Assembly (NCBI GenBank): GCA_028534125.1
Contig: CM052817.1
Coordinates: 101,062,001-101,126,000 of the forward strand
DNA from: Lama glama
Lineage: Eukaryota
Direction: 5' to 3'
DNA: 64,000 bases
Part shown: in pieces, positions 63,691-64,000 of the stretch
Layout of the letters: every line of letters starts with the position of its first letter
Numbering within the stretch: position 1 is the stretch's first letter
Translations under genes and position numbers: made by a program
Notes under the pieces: generated by a model
What the model saw: the letters and a program-made list of their open reading frames with translations, nothing else
What the model was told of the DNA's origin: nothing
Database searches by the model: none

Positions 63691-63754
63691 AGAGGGCCAT
63701 AGAGCACTTTTTGTTTTTAATTCAGCAACTGGCAAGAATGGCATCTGTCAGAGC

Positions 63755-63942
63755 ATCCTCTGGGAAACTTTATTCAGACCCTTCTCCTATGTCTGGTCTA
63801 GGTTCATCAAACTTACGTACAAGAAAGAGAAGAGGATGCTGTTTCTAAACCACAGCCCAAGCCTTATGTTATGGGTGCTGGAACCCAAGTCATTTAGCTT
63901 CTCCCTGCCTCAGTTCCCACATCTTTACAGCCAGAATAGGGT
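63755..63942 (+). repeat. Degenerate direct repeat, copy 2
   Basis: ctctgggaaact, ttcagaccc, the 23-mer core, gatgctgtttc, ccttatgt and cagccag(g/a)atagg all appear in the same order as in copy 1. Confidence 0.85.
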
Positions 63943-64000
63943 CTAGCAAACAGTAACTTTTCTCTATAAAGAGAATTTAATTCAAAATATAAGCAGGATT

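Noticed and set aside
42100..64000. Second protein-coding gene downstream of FHDC1
   Set aside because: The short ORFs have no recognisable domains and I found no consistent exon chain; the region looks intergenic with TE fossils. Small or non-coding exons cannot be excluded by eye.
1..64000. CRISPR arrays, operons or prokaryotic defence-type systems
   Set aside because: The sequence is clearly mammalian (spliceosomal introns, SINE/LINE/LTR content), and I saw no regularly spaced repeat-spacer structure.

Overview
This is mammalian genomic DNA, probably camelid, inferred from seven Vic-1-like tRNA-derived SINEs. It holds one complete protein-coding gene on the + strand: FHDC1 (inverted formin INF1). 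I reconstructed 11 coding exons with canonical GT-AG boundaries and consistent phases: 8956-9444, 18880-18941, 19606-19708, 25211-25296, 25384-25484, 27832-27902, 28004-28111, 29885-29955, 31997-32114, 35593-35757 and 37812-39818. Together they give 3381 nt, or 1126 aa. A CpG-island promoter at about 2.2-4.5 kb has two candidate non-coding first exons, and a 3' UTR of about 2.25 kb ends near an AATAAA at 42060. The rest is intronic or intergenic DNA with transposon fossils (SINEs, L1, MIR, L2, Tigger/MER DNA transposons, ERV1 and MaLR LTRs). Repeat family names come from recalled consensus sequences, not from a search. I see no evidence of a novel multi-gene system. The most notable features are: (1) a dense uORF cluster before the FHDC1 start; (2) a Tigger7-type element carrying two nested insertions (a MER47-type element and an ERV1 LTR) and still holding an open 102-codon transposase DNA-binding ORF; (3) a degenerate ~180 bp duplication 2.1 kb apart near the window end; (4) non-B-DNA-prone tracts at the promoter.
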